Of a DNA stretch of 64,000 bases, positions 34,320 through 43,005 are shown in pieces (positions within the stretch are counted from its first letter, which is position 1; each line of letters begins with the position of its first letter). A program made the position numbers and the translations under genes. The DNA comes from Bdellovibrionales bacterium. GTDB taxonomy: Bacteria > Bdellovibrionota > Bdellovibrionia > Bdellovibrionales > UBA1609. The notes below the pieces were generated by a model. It ran no database searches. It saw only the letters and a program-made list of their open reading frames with translations, and had not been told where the DNA came from. Where the stretch lies: positions 23,760 through 87,759 of the forward strand of contig OZ241911.1 in assembly GCA_965203785.1 (NCBI GenBank). Reading direction: 5' to 3'.

Positions 34320-34649
34320 TTACAACTTGTTTAGAAAACAGCTTAAGTATTGGTAATTATTATCTTTGTCTTCTCTTTTTTTATTATAAAGAGGCAAATC
34401 ATCAAAGCTGGTTTTGTGCTGGTGGCAGAGCCTACATAATGATTGAAAAGACCCTTTTTTAAACTCCAACCAGCTTTTCCAGTCTGGTTTTATGTGATCG
34501 CATATTACTGCCTTTTCTATCTTTTTTACCTTTAAGCAATGCTCGCATAAAGGGTGTTTATTAAGTTGTTTTTTTCTTATTAAACGCCAAGTTTTTGTGT
34601 TGTAAAACTTTGACCTTTCTAACCGCCGTTCTTTAGTAAATAACACCAT
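34320..34649 (-). CDS. phage-type HNH endonuclease
   Basis: FYNTKTWRLIRKKQLNKHPLCEHC...VICDHIKPDW...QSLCRLCHQHKT. The start is set at MVLFTKER. Confidence 0.75.
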   Translation of the reverse strand: MVLFTKERRLERSKFYNTKTWRLIRKKQLNKHPLCEHCLKVKKIEKAVICDHIKPDWKSWLEFKKGSFQSLCRLCHQHKTSFDDLPLYNKKREDKDNNYQYLSCFLNKL

Positions 34650-35242
34650 AATAAAGCCCCAAAAGTAATCGATAAAAATAATATCCTGCTTACCACTCCT
34701 ACCCACTTCCACACTTTTTTTTTCTCTCTCTCTTTTTCCTCTTGCTCCGCCTCTCTCTTTAACCTTTCTATTAGATCGTTCACCAAACTTAACTTTTTTT
34801 TATCCTTAAATACCCTTGTTTTTGCCCCTATTATCAAGTCCAAGCTATTACATATCTTGGCAGTCCGTAACTTAGGTTCTATCAGGTCTAAGCTTAATCG
34901 TGTCTCATAGGGCAACACCTTATCTAATCCATAAATAATACGCTGAGCAACCCTCATCTTTGCTCTTTCTATCTCTTTATATGCATGGTCTAACAGCTTA
35001 TCGGCACTTGGTATGTTTTTTTGTTGCTGTTTTATTATTTCTAACCCTTGCTCCGCTCTCTTAATAAAAGGGTCTTCGTCATTAATGTACTGATATAAAA
35101 CACCTAAACATTCCCGTAACTTCTCGTCTCTCCTTTGAGCCTTGGTTTTTAGGGATGATCTTATTCTTTTTACTACCTTTGGTAGTACCTTCATTACTTG
35201 CTCTAAAAAAAAGTGAGAAAGAAAAGAATCCCAAAAACCCAT
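34619..35242 (-). CDS. hypothetical protein with C-terminal TM anchor
   Basis: 207 aa, helical, C-terminal VGVVSRILFLSITFGALLWCYLL. Ends in TAG. Confidence 0.45.
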   Translation of the reverse strand: MGFWDSFLSHFFLEQVMKVLPKVVKRIRSSLKTKAQRRDEKLRECLGVLYQYINDEDPFIKRAEQGLEIIKQQQKNIPSADKLLDHAYKEIERAKMRVAQRIIYGLDKVLPYETRLSLDLIEPKLRTAKICNSLDLIIGAKTRVFKDKKKLSLVNDLIERLKREAEQEEKEREKKKVWKWVGVVSRILFLSITFGALLWCYLLKNGG

Positions 35243-35250
35243 AGCAGAGC

Positions 35251-35607
35251 TTAGTCGCTGGGTTGTTTATATGGGAGCTGATAGACGCCCTCGTCTGTTA
35301 CTCTATCTAATACTTTGTATATCCTAATCAGTTTTTCTAAATTATCTTCCACGCTTTTATCTGAATATACTCTCCAATTACCAGCCCGTGCGTCTCCACC
35401 AGTAGGTTTTTTGTAATAAGCGTTTTGCCACTTTTCTATAATTCGCTTTTCTATTTCTTTCTCCCAATGGGTTAAGGCTTGGACTATACACTTATTACGA
35501 CTGGATTTGTCGTCCAGATTAGTATTCTCTGGGCAATTTACTGCAAAACTCCACATCGGGAGTGCTAAAACTATGGTTAAGATATAATACGCTTTTTTAT
35601 TACTCAT
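35251..35607 (-). CDS. secreted hypothetical protein
   Basis: The start at MSNKKAYYILTIVLALPMWSFA (signal peptide) is preceded by GGAGGAG. The longer track ORF is an N-terminal over-extension. Confidence 0.5.
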   Translation of the reverse strand: MSNKKAYYILTIVLALPMWSFAVNCPENTNLDDKSSRNKCIVQALTHWEKEIEKRIIEKWQNAYYKKPTGGDARAGNWRVYSDKSVEDNLEKLIRIYKVLDRVTDEGVYQLPYKQPSD

Positions 35608-35846
35608 ATTACACCTTCTTTCTCCTCCTGTTTTTTTATACTTTTCTCCTCCCCCAGAACCCAAAGGATACCAACACAAAAAAAAGAAACACAAACAAGA
35701 AAAACATGAGCATAAAATACCCATTTTAGAGCTGTAAAAATGTGTGCCATTGAACCAGACCAATAGATCATCCACACAAGCCCACCAAAAACTATATACC
35801 CTAATATTATACGAAAAACATTCTTAACTAATCTTTGCCTACTCAT
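35604..35846 (-). CDS. small multi-TM (holin-like size/topology) protein
   Basis: 80 aa with two or three hydrophobic helices and a charged C-terminus. ATGA overlap with the next gene. Confidence 0.4.
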   Translation of the reverse strand: MSRQRLVKNVFRIILGYIVFGGLVWMIYWSGSMAHIFTALKWVFYAHVFLVCVSFFCVGILWVLGEEKSIKKQEEKEGVI

Positions 35847-36008
35847 TTTATTACCTCTGAAGGTTATTATATAGTATAGAAATATTACTCAACTTACAAG
35901 CTCAAAAGTCACTCCGCAATCTTGCCTAATATTGTAAAAATACACACTTACTTATACAACTTGCACCAATGGGGTTATTACAACCCAATATTGGTGTTCC
36001 ACTTTATC

Positions 36009-36209
36009 TTATTTGTTTGTTGGAGAATAATTAGAATCATACGGATCATTCCCAAGACCATAAATTCTGTCCCGCCCAAATGAATCTTGATAACGTCCAT
36101 CCCCACCCAATCTTCCACCAGGTATTACACTCGCCGCTCGCCTACCGCACCTTCTACCTGCTAAATCCCGATCGCTTGGATAATTACAATTGTCTACAAT
36201 ACAGCACAC
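36009..36209 (-). CDS. small Cys/Gly/Arg-rich peptide (paralog fragment at 32349-32540)
   Basis: 66 aa with a GTG start. NCNYPSDRDLAGRRCGRRA is encoded by a 55-bp stretch identical to 32439-32493. Confidence 0.35.
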   Translation of the reverse strand: MCCIVDNCNYPSDRDLAGRRCGRRAASVIPGGRLGGDGRYQDSFGRDRIYGLGNDPYDSNYSPTNK

Positions 36210-36251
36210 ACTAAAAAATAACCCAGTCTATCTGGTTTTTTTTATCTTTAG

Positions 36252-36701
36252 TTATTTCTTTATATGTTTTTTCTTTTTATCACTTTTTAAAGAGCTTTTT
36301 TTAATCAAATGCCCTCTTCCATGATGGTGTGTCCTATCCAGTTTTTCTAAAATAAGGTCACTCTTTGAAGCAAAAACTTCATGTTCCATCTTTTCTAAGC
36401 GAGCTTGATACTGATCGTTTACAAAATCAAACAAAACACCAAACCCAGTTAGTGCTCCTACTAATATGACCATGCCAACAACGATTGAACTTTTTACAAA
36501 AGTATTTACCCATTTTATTTCAGTGACTGCACTATCCATTTGAGCCTCTACTTTTTGTATCTTATTCTCAATTCTTTCTTCGGATTCCCTCTGACTTTTT
36601 TGTACACTCTCCTTAAATTCAGAAAATATCTCTTTCATAGCAAACAATAGAAGTTGTTCTCTTTCTGAAAAATTGTCCCAGTGCTTCTCTTTTGCTGCCA
36701 T
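36252..36701 (-). CDS. coiled-coil + single-TM hypothetical protein
   Basis: 149 aa. Strong RBS AAAGGAGG. TM helix SSIVVGMVILVGALTGFGVLF. His-rich, basic tail. Confidence 0.5.
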   Translation of the reverse strand: MAAKEKHWDNFSEREQLLLFAMKEIFSEFKESVQKSQRESEERIENKIQKVEAQMDSAVTEIKWVNTFVKSSIVVGMVILVGALTGFGVLFDFVNDQYQARLEKMEHEVFASKSDLILEKLDRTHHHGRGHLIKKSSLKSDKKKKHIKK

Positions 36702-36805
36702 CTTTTTTATACCTCCTTTTTTTTTCCATTATTATGAAGAATCGGTGAAATAACAATACTCACTGTGTTAGTCAATTTTTTTTAAGGACTTTGTATTTTT
36801 TTCAA

Positions 36806-37083
36806 TCATAACTTTGCTCCTTCTTCTTTTTGGGAGTAATCCCATTCCATACCTCTAAGCCTAAGCTCGGAATCATAGTCTTTTAATACATCTTTCAAAA
36901 TAGCTAACCTCTCTGATTTGTCTTTCCCATATATTCTTTAAAACCTGTATATTGCCCTAAATAATAAAGACCAAACAAAGAGATTACCAGCATGGTCAAT
37001 CCAAAATTGGTAAATACTAAACTTGCTATGAATTTACGATCATAAGAAGTGAGATTGCTTGACCTGTTAGATTTTTTAAACAT
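36806..37083 (-). CDS. small TM protein; 59-aa zero-frame product (36904..37083) with possible -1 frameshift extension to 36806
   Basis: RBS GAGGAG. The zero frame ends in TAG five codons after an in-frame G GGA AAG heptamer (36922-36928). The -1 frame is open from there to the TGA at 36806. Confidence 0.35.
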
Positions 37084-37608
37084 TATAGAAATCTCCTCAG
37101 TGTTTTTAAATCTCTTGCGTTCACATTTACAGCTTATCGGATGATTGAATAAAACTTAAAGAAGTTTTTTAAAAAAAGTTTATTTCCCTGTCTTTTTGTC
37201 TCATAATGAAACACTTTGTTAAGATTTTAGAGTGGAAAAATAAATTTCTACTGGATAGCTTTTAAACGCCCTGTTTTTTCCACTTTACCAATTAATTATT
37301 CGTGGTCACGCCTGACAGATACAAAAACAAAAGCCACTAATAATCAGACGATTTGATATTTTGTTAAACTTTTTTTTTAATATTTTGAAGTTATGCCTCA
37401 TAGGGATTAAGAAAAAATATGCTAATTGGGATAGTCACCCATGGGTTGAGTGGGAGCTTCTATAATTTTAAACACTTTTTTATACATTTGAGCGTTTATA
37501 CAATAAAAAGGAGTTACAAAGCAATACTAAACCACTTTTGGGATAGGTATTCATTTTAGCCTTTAAAATGCAAAAATGCTAACTGAATTAAAAAAATCAG
37601 CTTGTGTT

Positions 37609-38346
37609 TTATTTGTGCGTTGCTTGTATCTGGTGGCTGGGTACTTGAACAATTTTTCTTTCTTTCAGCCATAAACCAGTGAGTTTCCCACCATAAACAC
37701 AACCCGTGTCTAACCCAATCGAGTTTTTTTTGATAGTCAACCCCTGTTTCGCCCAATGAGCATAAACAACTAACTTAGATCCTCTATATAAATCATGCCA
37801 TGCACGATTGCCACTTTCTTTATCACTTGGCTTTTTTCCATCCCAATACCGAATGTTTACTAACCATTCAGGCTGAGATTGACTGGGATGTTCTCCGGGG
37901 ATTAGCCCCCCATGCACTGCTAAAAAATCTTTCTCTTCAATATATAAGGGCCAAGTTTTAATCCAATTTATCCAATCCATAAGTTGAACCCCCATCTGGT
38001 TTTTTAACTCTTCTAATTTTAAATCTTCTAACTGATTAAACGAATCCAACTGACCCGATGGGTTGGATAGAGATTTTTTTTTCTCTACAGATTGTTCTTC
38101 CACAGATTGAATCAATTTTAACTCGTGGTTACCTAAAACCATCTCCACTTGGTTTTTTTTAGCCCAGACTAAAACTTTAAAAGAATCTGGACCTTTGTTG
38201 ATTAAATCCCCCAATAAAATAATACGATGATCCATTGGACGACATTGAGCCTTGTCCAATAGGTCTAAAAGCTCATTAAAACAACCATGCACATCTCCTA
38301 CAATAAAAGTCTTTTGACGATTATTCATATTTTTTTTACATAGCAT
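37609..38346 (-). CDS. metallophosphoesterase, ApaH/PrpE-like (diadenosine tetraphosphatase family)
   Basis: FIVGDVHGCFNELLDLL, LLGDLINKGPDS, GNHE, VHGG. Confidence 0.8.
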   Translation of the reverse strand: MLCKKNMNNRQKTFIVGDVHGCFNELLDLLDKAQCRPMDHRIILLGDLINKGPDSFKVLVWAKKNQVEMVLGNHELKLIQSVEEQSVEKKKSLSNPSGQLDSFNQLEDLKLEELKNQMGVQLMDWINWIKTWPLYIEEKDFLAVHGGLIPGEHPSQSQPEWLVNIRYWDGKKPSDKESGNRAWHDLYRGSKLVVYAHWAKQGLTIKKNSIGLDTGCVYGGKLTGLWLKERKIVQVPSHQIQATHK

Positions 38347-38365
38347 AATGTAAACATATTGTCAG

Positions 38366-38453
38366 GGAGGGGTGGCCGAGTGGCTGAAGGCGCACGCTTG
38401 GAAAGCGTGTAAGTGTGATAAACACTTCGAGGGTTCGAATCCCTCTCCCTCCG
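38366..38453 (+). tRNA. tRNA-Ser (anticodon GGA)
   Basis: Hand-folded: acceptor GGAGGGG/TCCCTCC, anticodon loop TTGGAAA, long variable arm, T-arm GAGGG TTCGAAT CCCTC. CCA is not encoded. Confidence 0.85.
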
Positions 38454-38493
38454 CACTCCTTAAAACTAAAAAACAAAAAAGATTTATGATCCA

Positions 38494-38583
38494 GGAGGGA
38501 GCAAAACTTCAAACATGCGTTTTGTTGCAGATCATTCTGCGACCGCTCTGCAACAAATCCGAACTCGTTTTGCTCCCCCCTTC
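38494..38583 (+). ncRNA. candidate structured RNA / long nested hairpin downstream of tRNA-Ser
   Basis: Outer 11-bp stem 38497-38507 / 38567-38577 (GGGAGCAAAAC / GTTTTGCTCCC). Inner 11-bp stem 38521-38531 / 38547-38557 (TTTGTTGCAGA / TCTGCAACAAA). 15-nt loop. Class unknown. Confidence 0.35.
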
Positions 38584-38619
38584 CCTATAAATATTTGGTT
38601 GTAAATTTTTATAAAAGAC

Positions 38620-39033
38620 CTATTTTTTTAGACATTTAGATACAACATTTTGGATAACACTAGCTAAGTCTTCTAATTTCATTTGAGTAGTGTCCATTAA
38701 GTCTAAAGTTGAATCAAAATCGTCTATTATACGATCTTTATCATCTGATACTTGCTCTAAACCTTCTGATAACACATCTCGCCCTCGCCTAAAAGATACC
38801 TGCACTAATAAATGATACTGCTGACTTAAATGAAAATAATTTTGAAGGGCCTGATTAATATTAGAACAATTCACCGTGGATAGATCCATGTTAAGCATCA
38901 TGGAATCTAACGAAAGCGATTCCTCGGCAAAAGCCATCGGAGAAAAAGCCACCTGACTTGTAAAAAAAGCATTTATAAAAAAAACACCCGTAAAAAAAAC
39001 ATTCGCCCACTTTTTTGTCATCATGATTGGCAA
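38620..39033 (-). CDS. secreted hypothetical protein
   Basis: 137 aa with an N-terminal signal-like hydrophobic segment ending FAEE. Confidence 0.45.
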   Translation of the reverse strand: MPIMMTKKWANVFFTGVFFINAFFTSQVAFSPMAFAEESLSLDSMMLNMDLSTVNCSNINQALQNYFHLSQQYHLLVQVSFRRGRDVLSEGLEQVSDDKDRIIDDFDSTLDLMDTTQMKLEDLASVIQNVVSKCLKK

Positions 39034-39229
39034 TCATATACCCTCAAAGACCTAAAAACAAAGCTCTTTTTCTAAGAGAATGTAGTTTTTTCACTGGTGT
39101 CTATAAAATAAACAACAAGGCAAAAGTCTAGGATTTAACTGCTATTCACCTAGTTTTAGCCAAAGTAAACGACAGTTCATAAATTTTTTTAGTATAATTT
39201 CCTCTTGAAAAACAAAAAAGAGTAGAAAA

Positions 39230-39607
39230 ATGAAGGGTTATTGTAAAAATCCTAAAAAGGACAATTATTTGAATTTAAAAAATATGACAAATTCGATGGC
39301 TTTATCTGTTTTTTGTTTAAGTGTTTCCATAATATTTTTAAGTGCTTGTTCTAAGTATAAGAACATTCAAATTAATACCCTGCATGGGCTGAGTGCAGAA
39401 ATTCCCTATTGGTGTACTTCTTGGAAAGATGGATGCAATATCTACTGCCGGACAGATCTTCCCACCAGTTACGAAACAGTTGAAACAGACAAAGCTTGCA
39501 TACAAGCCAATATTATTTACCCCAAATGTGCAGATACCGACCAAGATGCAATTGAAGCATGTGCTCCATTTAGAAATAACAACAATCTCAATAACAACTT
39601 CCGATGA
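39230..39607 (+). CDS. small Cys-rich lipoprotein
   Basis: 125 aa. Lipobox FLSAC. Several Cys residues. Confidence 0.5.
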   Translation: MKGYCKNPKKDNYLNLKNMTNSMALSVFCLSVSIIFLSACSKYKNIQINTLHGLSAEIPYWCTSWKDGCNIYCRTDLPTSYETVETDKACIQANIIYPKCADTDQDAIEACAPFRNNNNLNNNFR

Positions 39608-40854
39608 TCTCACTAATCAGTGTGACTATTGGTTGTGTCATTAGTTTTTTCTTAGGCGTTTTTTTAGGCTGGTTTGTTAAATCTCGAAATGCACAAAAAA
39701 TTCATATTCTGCTCGAAAAATCTCATGAAGAAAAATCCAATTTAGAAAACAAATGTAGCGAATTAAGAGAAAAACATCTAATAGCTGAAAAAAAAATATC
39801 TGCATTAGAAACTAAAGAATCTCAATATCAATCTCTCCATACACAATTTACCGATCGTTTTAAAAACATTAGTCAAGAAATCATCAATGCAAAATCTCAA
39901 CAGTTTCAAAAACAAATTGAAAAAGACACCAATGTTTTATTAAACCCTCTAAGAGATAAAATAAAAACTTTCCAACAAAAAGTGGAAGAAACTTATGATA
40001 AAGAATCTCGCGAACGTTTTTCTCTTAAAGATCAAATTGAAAAACTTTGCAATGTTCACGGTCAACTCTCTCACGAAACTAAAACTCTTACACAAGCTTT
40101 AAAAGGAAATGTTAAAACTCAAGGGCAATGGGGAGAAATGATTTTAGAAACTATTTTACAAAATTCTGGTTTGTCAGAAAACGAACATTATATTCTGCAA
40201 GGTAAAGGTCTCAACTTAACCAATGAACAAGGCAAAAAACAAAAGCCCGATGTCGTTATTAAATTACCTGATCAAAAACAACTGATTATAGATTCTAAAG
40301 TTTCTTTAACTCATTACGAAAAATTTACTGCATCTTCTTCGGAAGAAGAAAAAAATCAATTTTTACAAATGTTTTTATCTTCCCTTCGTTCTCATATTAT
40401 GAATTTAAGCAAAAAAGAATACCATCAATCGGATTCACTCAACACATTGGACTTAACATTGCTGTTTTTTCCCATAGAAGGAGCGTTATCTTTAGCTCTC
40501 CAAAAAGATCGCGACTTATTTGCTTACTCATGGAGAAAATCTATTGCTATCGTTAGCCCGACTTCTTTACTCGCTACTTTAAAAGTAGTGGAATCGATCT
40601 GGCGTCGAGATAAACAAAACCGCCATGCACTAGAAATTGCAACCGCCGGCGGAAAACTCTACGACAAATTTGTCTCTTTTACCGAAGATTTAATGGATGT
40701 GGGAAATAATATTAAAAAAGCCGATGCGAGCTATCACCAAGCATTTAAAAAACTAAAAGACGGACAAGGTAATATTGTTTCTAAATTAGAAAAAATGAAA
40801 GAACTCGGAGCCAGAGCTTCTAAACAAATACCAACCCCTTTACTTTCTGAATAA
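39604..40854 (+). CDS. rmuC: DNA recombination protein RmuC
   Basis: N-terminal TM plus coiled coil. KGNVKTQGQWGEMILETILQNSGL, KPDVVIKLPD...IIDSKVSL. Confidence 0.85.
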   Translation: MISLISVTIGCVISFFLGVFLGWFVKSRNAQKIHILLEKSHEEKSNLENKCSELREKHLIAEKKISALETKESQYQSLHTQFTDRFKNISQEIINAKSQQFQKQIEKDTNVLLNPLRDKIKTFQQKVEETYDKESRERFSLKDQIEKLCNVHGQLSHETKTLTQALKGNVKTQGQWGEMILETILQNSGLSENEHYILQGKGLNLTNEQGKKQKPDVVIKLPDQKQLIIDSKVSLTHYEKFTASSSEEEKNQFLQMFLSSLRSHIMNLSKKEYHQSDSLNTLDLTLLFFPIEGALSLALQKDRDLFAYSWRKSIAIVSPTSLLATLKVVESIWRRDKQNRHALEIATAGGKLYDKFVSFTEDLMDVGNNIKKADASYHQAFKKLKDGQGNIVSKLEKMKELGARASKQIPTPLLSE

Positions 40855-41093
40855 ATCAACTGAAAGTCTAGAATAACCATAGAATTAAATAAATCTAGCC
40901 TTTAGTTGGAATGAACTCAAACTCCAAATCAAAAAATTAAATTTTTTTAAAAAAAGTTTTTAACTGGTTTTAATCTAGCCCTTAGTTTGATTAAAACTTA
41001 TATCCCTCTATAGTTTTCATTATTTTATTATTTTTTATAATGTTTCTTATTTTTTTTGCCGATTAATTATCTATAAAAATGAGGACTATTTAA

Positions 41094-42242
41094 ATGTTTC
41101 GAATAATTGTTATTCTGTGTAGTGTAGGTTTTGTTTTGTTTTCTTGTGTAGACCCAGTTCGTCGACCAATTACTCGTAACTTTAACCGTGCATCATGTAA
41201 CTCTAATGTGGATTCGGTTACAATAGACGAACTACCAAATGTGACAAATAGAAATATCAGCGAATATCGTTTATCTGGATTTTGTGACAGAGATAGATCA
41301 GAAGTATTAGTCAATATTGAATCAGTTCCGATATCTAGACACCCTATTTGCCATCAGGGAAAATGGGAAACAGCTGTAGATATTAGCGGAATAGTTAATA
41401 AGAAAGAACGATTTCAGGTAGCTGTGTCTCAAGGTTCATCTACTAATAATTTGTTATGTCAGCAAGTGAGAAACTTTTTTATTTGCCCTGAAAACTATAT
41501 TGCAGTTTCTGAAATACCTTATGTAGAGAGTGAAGCTTTTTGTGTAATGAAATACGAAGCAAAAGTTAAAAGAGGGGATCGGATACCCAATCAACTTGGA
41601 CAAAACGAAATTGTCCCAGCTCTCGCATTAGCAGATGGAGATTTAATTACCCGAGTTAACTTGGAAGATGCCATCCAATTTTGTAACAAAAATGGTCCCG
41701 GATACACTTTAATCAATAACGAAGAATGGCAAGCGATTGCTAAACATATTGAAAGAACTCCCTATAATTGGTCTAACAATACAACAGATATTAGAGCTGG
41801 CAACCAACTCAATATCGGAACACGAGGATCTCCTCGATCTAATAGCAACACAGATGAAGAAAGAAGTGGTTGGAGTAAATATAAACGTGTGCATCAGCTG
41901 GCTAACCAAGAACATATTTGGGACTTCGCTGGTAATTTATGGGAAATTGTTCAACATGATATTAGAAGACTACCTATTGAATACAATGGTTTTATTCATC
42001 AAATTCCACAAGAACTTCAAGACATATTTGGTCCTCAAAAAGATTACAGTACTTTGAATAACCGAGAGCGAGTCAATTTTTTTGGAGGCTTGGGGTTTGT
42101 GCAAGCCAACCGATTTGAAGGAACACTTCTCCGAGGTGGAGCACAATTTAACAATCGAGGTATTTTTTCTGTAGATGTGACACGAACAGCTAACCGAGTG
42201 CGACGAACTGATGTAGGTTTTCGTTGTGTGTTTCACCCTTAA
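41094..42242 (+). CDS. lipoprotein with C-terminal SUMF1/FGE-like domain
   Basis: Lipobox LFSC. AGNLWEIVQHD and the terminal TDVGFRCVFHP are typical of formylglycine-generating-enzyme-fold proteins. Confidence 0.6.
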   Translation: MFRIIVILCSVGFVLFSCVDPVRRPITRNFNRASCNSNVDSVTIDELPNVTNRNISEYRLSGFCDRDRSEVLVNIESVPISRHPICHQGKWETAVDISGIVNKKERFQVAVSQGSSTNNLLCQQVRNFFICPENYIAVSEIPYVESEAFCVMKYEAKVKRGDRIPNQLGQNEIVPALALADGDLITRVNLEDAIQFCNKNGPGYTLINNEEWQAIAKHIERTPYNWSNNTTDIRAGNQLNIGTRGSPRSNSNTDEERSGWSKYKRVHQLANQEHIWDFAGNLWEIVQHDIRRLPIEYNGFIHQIPQELQDIFGPQKDYSTLNNRERVNFFGGLGFVQANRFEGTLLRGGAQFNNRGIFSVDVTRTANRVRRTDVGFRCVFHP

Positions 42243-42270
42243 AAAAAAGTTATAAAAAAATATAACCCCC

Positions 42271-42999
42271 ATGAAATCTATGAAAAAAAACACTCAATCA
42301 TCTGATTCTCACCAACTTCTTTTAGACTTAGATTTACTCACATTCGTCAGCCATCAAATCAAAACTCCTCTGACAACACTTAAAATTAATATAGACCTTT
42401 TGAAACAACAAATCTCCCCTGAACAAAAAAAACTCATTGACATAATGGATGAAGAATTAAACACTATCATTCGTTTAATATCTGAATCATTGGATTTAAG
42501 AAAAATGGAAACAAAACCCTCTATTTTATTGAAAAAATGGTATTGCTGGGATCAACTAGTTAAAAATTCTATGCAACAGTTAAAACAATGTCTTGATCAT
42601 AAAAAAATACAAATTAATATCTTGCCTTTAAAACACAAAATAGAATCTTATATAGACCCTTTTTATATTGAACAAGTTTTAGTAAATTTAATAACCAATG
42701 CCATTCAACATTCCCCCACTAATAGTCGAGTGCATTTAAAATGGATTTTAACAAAAAAAAGTACACTCCAAATAACCATCGAAGACGAAGGGAAAGGAAT
42801 TGCAAAAAAAGATTTAAACAAAATTTTTACTCCTTTTAATAATCCCATTAGCAATCAAAGAGGTTTGGGGTTGATGATTGCTCGTCAAATTGTATTATCT
42901 CACGGAGGCACTATCGAAGCGTGTACAGATGGTTCGACTAAAGGTGCTTGCTTTATGTTGACTTTACCTCATGCTCGAGTGTTATCTGTTGCCGCTTAA
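42271..42999 (+). CDS. soluble histidine kinase (HisKA + HATPase_c, no sensor domain)
   Basis: H-box FVSHQIKTPLTTL, N-box LVNLITNAIQHS, G-boxes EDEGKGI and GLGLMIARQIV. Confidence 0.85.
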   Translation: MKSMKKNTQSSDSHQLLLDLDLLTFVSHQIKTPLTTLKINIDLLKQQISPEQKKLIDIMDEELNTIIRLISESLDLRKMETKPSILLKKWYCWDQLVKNSMQQLKQCLDHKKIQINILPLKHKIESYIDPFYIEQVLVNLITNAIQHSPTNSRVHLKWILTKKSTLQITIEDEGKGIAKKDLNKIFTPFNNPISNQRGLGLMIARQIVLSHGGTIEACTDGSTKGACFMLTLPHARVLSVAA

Positions 43000-43005
43000 A
43001 AAATA

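Larger units (their letters stand above)
31566..37556. mobile_element. phage-derived cryptic element/remnant bounded by ~70-bp direct repeats
   Basis: ACATTTGAGCGTTTATACAATAAAAAGGAGTTACAAAGCAATACTAAACCACTTTT occurs at 31566-31621 and 37485-37540, with diverged continuation to about 31640 / 37556. The interior holds a head-tail-connector-like gene, a phage-type HNH, small membrane proteins and pseudogenes. No integrase is present. Confidence 0.45.

Noticed and set aside
31566-37556. TAG stop-codon reassignment or suppression in the phage-derived segment. In-frame TAG occurs in the 32599..33112 paralog and in the 32349..32540 peptide gene, and two other ORFs end in TAG.
   Set aside because: There are only two internal TAGs. 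Most genes in the segment terminate with TAA, as expected for AT-rich DNA. I could not find a suppressor tRNA by eye. The segment also shows other decay (missing phage core genes, a two-frame gene). Pseudogenisation is the simpler explanation. A tRNAscan for a CUA anticodon and a comparison with intact homologs would settle it.
38494-38583. Could the nested hairpin be the small SRP (4.5S) RNA, 6S RNA or tmRNA?
   Set aside because: It has no GNAR/GGAA apical tetraloop and none of the conserved SRP domain IV motifs. It is too short for 6S RNA or tmRNA and has no tRNA-like end. It is kept only as an unclassified structured candidate.
38372-38590. 72-aa plus-strand ORF from the track.
   Set aside because: Its 5' part is the tRNA-Ser sequence itself (MAEWLKAHAWKA is a translated tRNA) and the rest is the hairpin region. 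It is not a gene.
40885-40995. Two copies of AATCTAGCC(T/C)TTAGTT(G/T)GA 80 bp apart, between rmuC and the FGE-like gene.
   Set aside because: There are only two short copies with mismatches. No palindromic character or promoter context could be defined. This is too weak to call a regulatory site.
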